A stretch of 64,000 nt of DNA, taken from NCBI GenBank assembly GCA_973895155.1, contig OZ316891.1, forward strand, positions 30,052,331 through 30,116,330. Reading direction: 5' to 3'. The notes beneath the pieces were generated by a model. The model saw only the letters and a program-made list of their open reading frames with translations. It did no database searches and had not been told where the DNA came from. How positions within the stretch are numbered: position 1 is the stretch's first letter; each line of letters starts with the position of its first letter. The translations under genes and the position numbers were made by a program. Shown piece by piece: positions 60,452 to 64,000 of this stretch. This DNA is from Marsupella aquatica. Lineage: Eukaryota > Plantae > Marchantiophyta.

Positions 60452-62829
60452 TTACCACAGCAGAGATCACTGGTTGATGAGACCCCATATTCCTGCAATA
60501 GCAATGACAAAGGTCGTGTGAGAAAGCTGAGCTCTACTAAGTTGCCATTAGACCCTGTTGTTCATATTGTTGAGCTCAAGAGTAGAGTCTTTGACAAAAA
60601 ACCTACAGGAGAGTATACAAATATGTGGGGAAAGGGTTATCTTGAAACCACATAGTTTATCTGGAGAAAATGACAAGAGACATAGGGGAACCAAAAAAAC
60701 TTGAGAAATGACCAGAAAAAAAACTCTCAAGGAAATTGGTTCTATGCAGCATTAGGTCTCTTACAAAGTGATAAATAGATAAGTTAGTACAATCATGCAA
60801 TCAGACACCCGACATGTTCTTGAGAGCCTACAGTTATTCTCAAGACACCACTTAGTACCATGACTACCGCACTTCACGACTTGGGTTTGCCCTTGGCCCA
60901 CTGGAGACGTCACTCCCCTCAAATGTGCTTATGGTGACCTACCACCTGTGGACCCAACTTTGGTCCCTTGATTTTGGCCCCTCACCAGGACTCCAACCAA
61001 GGTGACCAGGCATGAAGCTAACTTGTTAGGCCCAGAATTTTCTTGTTAGGTGTTCATAGGTAAAGTACCTTTTCCCGTTGTGATTGGGCCTACGCATTGC
61101 TCATGCCGAGGCTCTCAGGACTCGTCGCCCATAGAGGGTCCCGGGCGGCTCCACCCAAGTGCCGTCAATTTTCATGCCTTTAGCGTTCATTCCACATGAA
61201 CCAAACTTCATTGCACTTAGGCCCAAGAGGAGCTATCACTCAAGCCCTCAAAATTGAGAGTCCATCCAGGGGTCCGGACAGTCTGCTCTAAGCCCAACCC
61301 TTATCGTGGCCCAACCAGCTCATAATGCCACTCCAAATCCCTGGTGCGCAACCCTAGCTCAACGCATTGCCTTTGCTAGAGCAACGCTTCCTTGCTCTCA
61401 AGTCTGCTTATACTTAGTCCTTCTGGATGGTCATGATGCCTGGACCATGGGGGAGCTTGGCACCAGAGCTAAGTGGTAGAGTAGTCAAGTTTTGTGACTC
61501 CAACTTGCGAGAGGGGTTAGTGCGCTCGCATTGCGGGAGCTAGTGATGTCATGGGTGTCCTAGCAACTTTGGGATACATGAGCAGGCAATGAGCGTGGAC
61601 TAGTATGTAGCCTTTCGGGAGGCCCAACACGTAGAATGCCCAGGAGTTTAGGTCTTTAATGTGGGGGAGGAAGGGTACTAGACTCGCGAGCAGACCGAAG
61701 CGAAACGACCTGTGAGATTTTGAGGATTGACATTGACAGGATTCCTGTAGCCCGAATGGAGAGAAATCCCAACAAATTTGAGAGACGATCATGGTTCGCA
61801 ATTGAAAAAGAAAGACGTTAAGAATAGAAGCGAAATAGTAGAAGGATTGCCAGTTGTTACCTGAGGACTGCACTGAGTGGGATTCGAAGAGAATCCATAA
61901 GGACCCGATAGCAAAAGCCCAAAAGAGAGGAAGGAACCAGCAACCTTGCCCCTTACGCTAGCAGCCAGGAAAATTGAAACAGCGATAGAGCAACCGAGAA
62001 CGGGATTTCTACAGAAGACCATCGTAATGGGACAGCATAAGAACCAGATGGCGAAGCAGTAGACCCGCGAGCGAAACCACAGACGATTTAGGAAGTGAAA
62101 TTGAGGAAGCGCAAGAGCAACGAAGCCCGAGCATAAGCAGATTCATAAGGACACCATAGGGAGACAGGCGAAAACATCCTTGAAACAATCCAGTCCTTGA
62201 GGCCGTGGCGGCAGCAGAAGCGATGACCACAGATCAAAACAAGACCGGGGCACAAAAATGAGAATAGCAAGGAAGAGAAAAAGACTTCCAATTTGAACAG
62301 CAAAGACAGCCGCAACGCATCCATAAGGACAAGAGGCGCCACAGGAGCACCAAAAAAAGGAATAGAGGCAGAACACGCAACCTCAAGGCCCAAAATCATC
62401 GACAGAACGTCGAAGCAAGGCCAAACCGCTAAGTGCACCACCTATAACCGCAAAACCTCCATAATTGCATTTCATAACAAAGAAAATCAACCTTACAAAG
62501 CCGCATGTGCACTTAACCAAGGCACGAGTAAATTACCACCCATAACTGCACAAACTGCAAAACTTCATTACTGCACATTTTAACAAAGGAAAGAGCTAAT
62601 ACAAAGGAATTCTTGCAGTTATACATTTACAAAGACAACCTAAATACTAAGTGCAAACCCTAAAATTCTGCAAAAACCCAAACATTCTTGCTTTACTCAC
62701 CCACGACTTAGATTACTCTCCTCAACCCTTTCTCCACCATTACATGCGGCAAATGTGCAGTGTCTTTTGACTATATATATATATATTATATAAACACGCA
62801 CAACAACGCTGCACGCCAGGACCTTAGAG

Positions 62830-63070
62830 ATGACCAACCTCGAGAAACTTACCTTCCCAGCCCTAGAAATCGATGGCGGCACTACCTAGAATGGTCCATG
62901 AACCTAAAAGAAAACCTAACCTCGCTAACCCTACTCCCTGCGATAGGGCTCGCTCAACCCATCCTAGCCGGCGAACCACAACCAGACCCATTAACTAAAG
63001 CCAAAAAATCTAAGGCCCTTGTATTCCTTAGACGTCATATCCATAGATTCCTACAAAGACAATACATGCA
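62830..63070 (+). mobile_element. Ty1/Copia (Bianca-like) gag N-terminal remnant with frameshift
   Basis: MTNLEKLTFPALEIDGG/(shift)YLEWSMNLKENL...KKSKALVFLRRHIHRFLQRQY resembles Bianca-type gag (M.NL.KLEF.ALDI.G.NYL.W...AKAMIFLRHHL...L..EY). Probable LTR/leader sequence lies upstream (~61500-62800), but its ends are not defined. Confidence 0.7.
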
Positions 63071-63145
63071 CCCAAGAGCACATTCTGCATATAACAGAAA
63101 TGTGGAACAAATGAGGGGTTTTTTTCTTCTGATATTTACAATCCA

Positions 63146-63894
63146 GTGGTAGCCAATGCTTGGAGGTCTAATTTTAAGAAGGATAAGAAGTCCTACATGA
63201 GCACTCTGGAATTCATAGAGGACCATTGCATTCTTCAACTGGAAGATCTTGTTTTGACAATTGGAGAAGTGACTGTGCGAATTACCTGGCCTGCAAAGGA
63301 TATTATGAGGTGGTTTCTTGAACACAAGAAACACCACTCCAACAAACGGCTGCAACAAATCTCTTCAATTGAAGCAGAAAATGAGGCATTTTTGGGAGCA
63401 CTTCCAACTTCTGTTCACACAAGTGGTTTGGATGAGAATTACTTTTCTTAGGAAGTGAAAGATACCCACTATGTACATTCTTTAGAAGAGTCAACTCCAG
63501 TTACCCCTCCTGAATTTGTTCCTCACATTTCTCCTCAGTTGGATCCTCAGTCAATTAGCTCTTCTGAATTTGGTTGTCAGTACGTTGAAAGATCCAAAGT
63601 GGCTTACTCAAGGATTGGATTGTCCTGAAGTTTCCAGGACAATTCTCTTAGGAGAAGAAAGTCCAGATTCAAATGGTTCAGAGGCATCCAAGAAGACTTT
63701 TGTACTTGAAGGAGAGAGTCCAAGCTTGGATGATACAGGAGCATCACAAACAGCTGTTGTTGAAGGAAGCAATCTGGCCTATAATAATTCAGAGGCACTG
63801 CAGCAGGTCGGTTTTGAAGAAGGGAGACAAAGTCCTCAGTCTTTGGTGGATTCTTCACCAGAACACAAACGTCATAGAAAAACCCCAATTGTAG
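63146..63894 (+). pseudogene. Degenerate coding-like sequence of unknown family
   Basis: Consecutive plus-strand frames with protein-like composition (MSTLEFIEDHCILQLEDLVLTIGEVTVRITWPAKDIMRWF...), broken by stops and shifts. Confidence 0.3.
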
Positions 63895-64000
63895 TCTGCA
63901 CGGCACCAAAGGGTTCACAACTTTTAGGAGGGACAGTGACAGTGCCAGAACAGAGTCATTATAAGAAAAATCAATATGTGGTTGGTACAGCAGATACAGG

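Overview
Eukaryotic, intron-containing, repeat-rich DNA from a land plant, probably a bryophyte or liverwort; that assignment is inferred from gene and transposon style only. Conventional genes are a 6-exon Sec61-alpha (19933-22612, +) and a tandemly duplicated F-box/Kelch gene, with one intact and one frameshifted copy inside a ~4.6 kb segmental duplication. Other host-type sequences are a GT8/glycogenin-like pseudogene, a stand-alone RNase H1 hybrid-binding-domain microprotein, a 75-bp-repeat Ser/Arg/Cys protein, an orphan ORF and a SAM-domain ORF. Mobile DNA includes three copies of a ~297-bp MITE with 8-bp TSDs (two form a long hairpin), two Copia-type solo LTRs, two non-autonomous Helitrons, a 5'-truncated L1 LINE flanked by a 203-bp direct repeat, and a Copia gag remnant. 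The most interesting locus is 44994-51913. There a spliced CACTA/CMC-type DDE transposase gene lies head-to-head with an uninterrupted 465-aa NEIL1-like Fpg/Nei DNA glycosylase ORF that keeps Pro2-Glu3, the catalytic Lys and the H2TH motif. This suggests a DNA transposon carrying its own base-excision enzyme, although I could not find the element termini.
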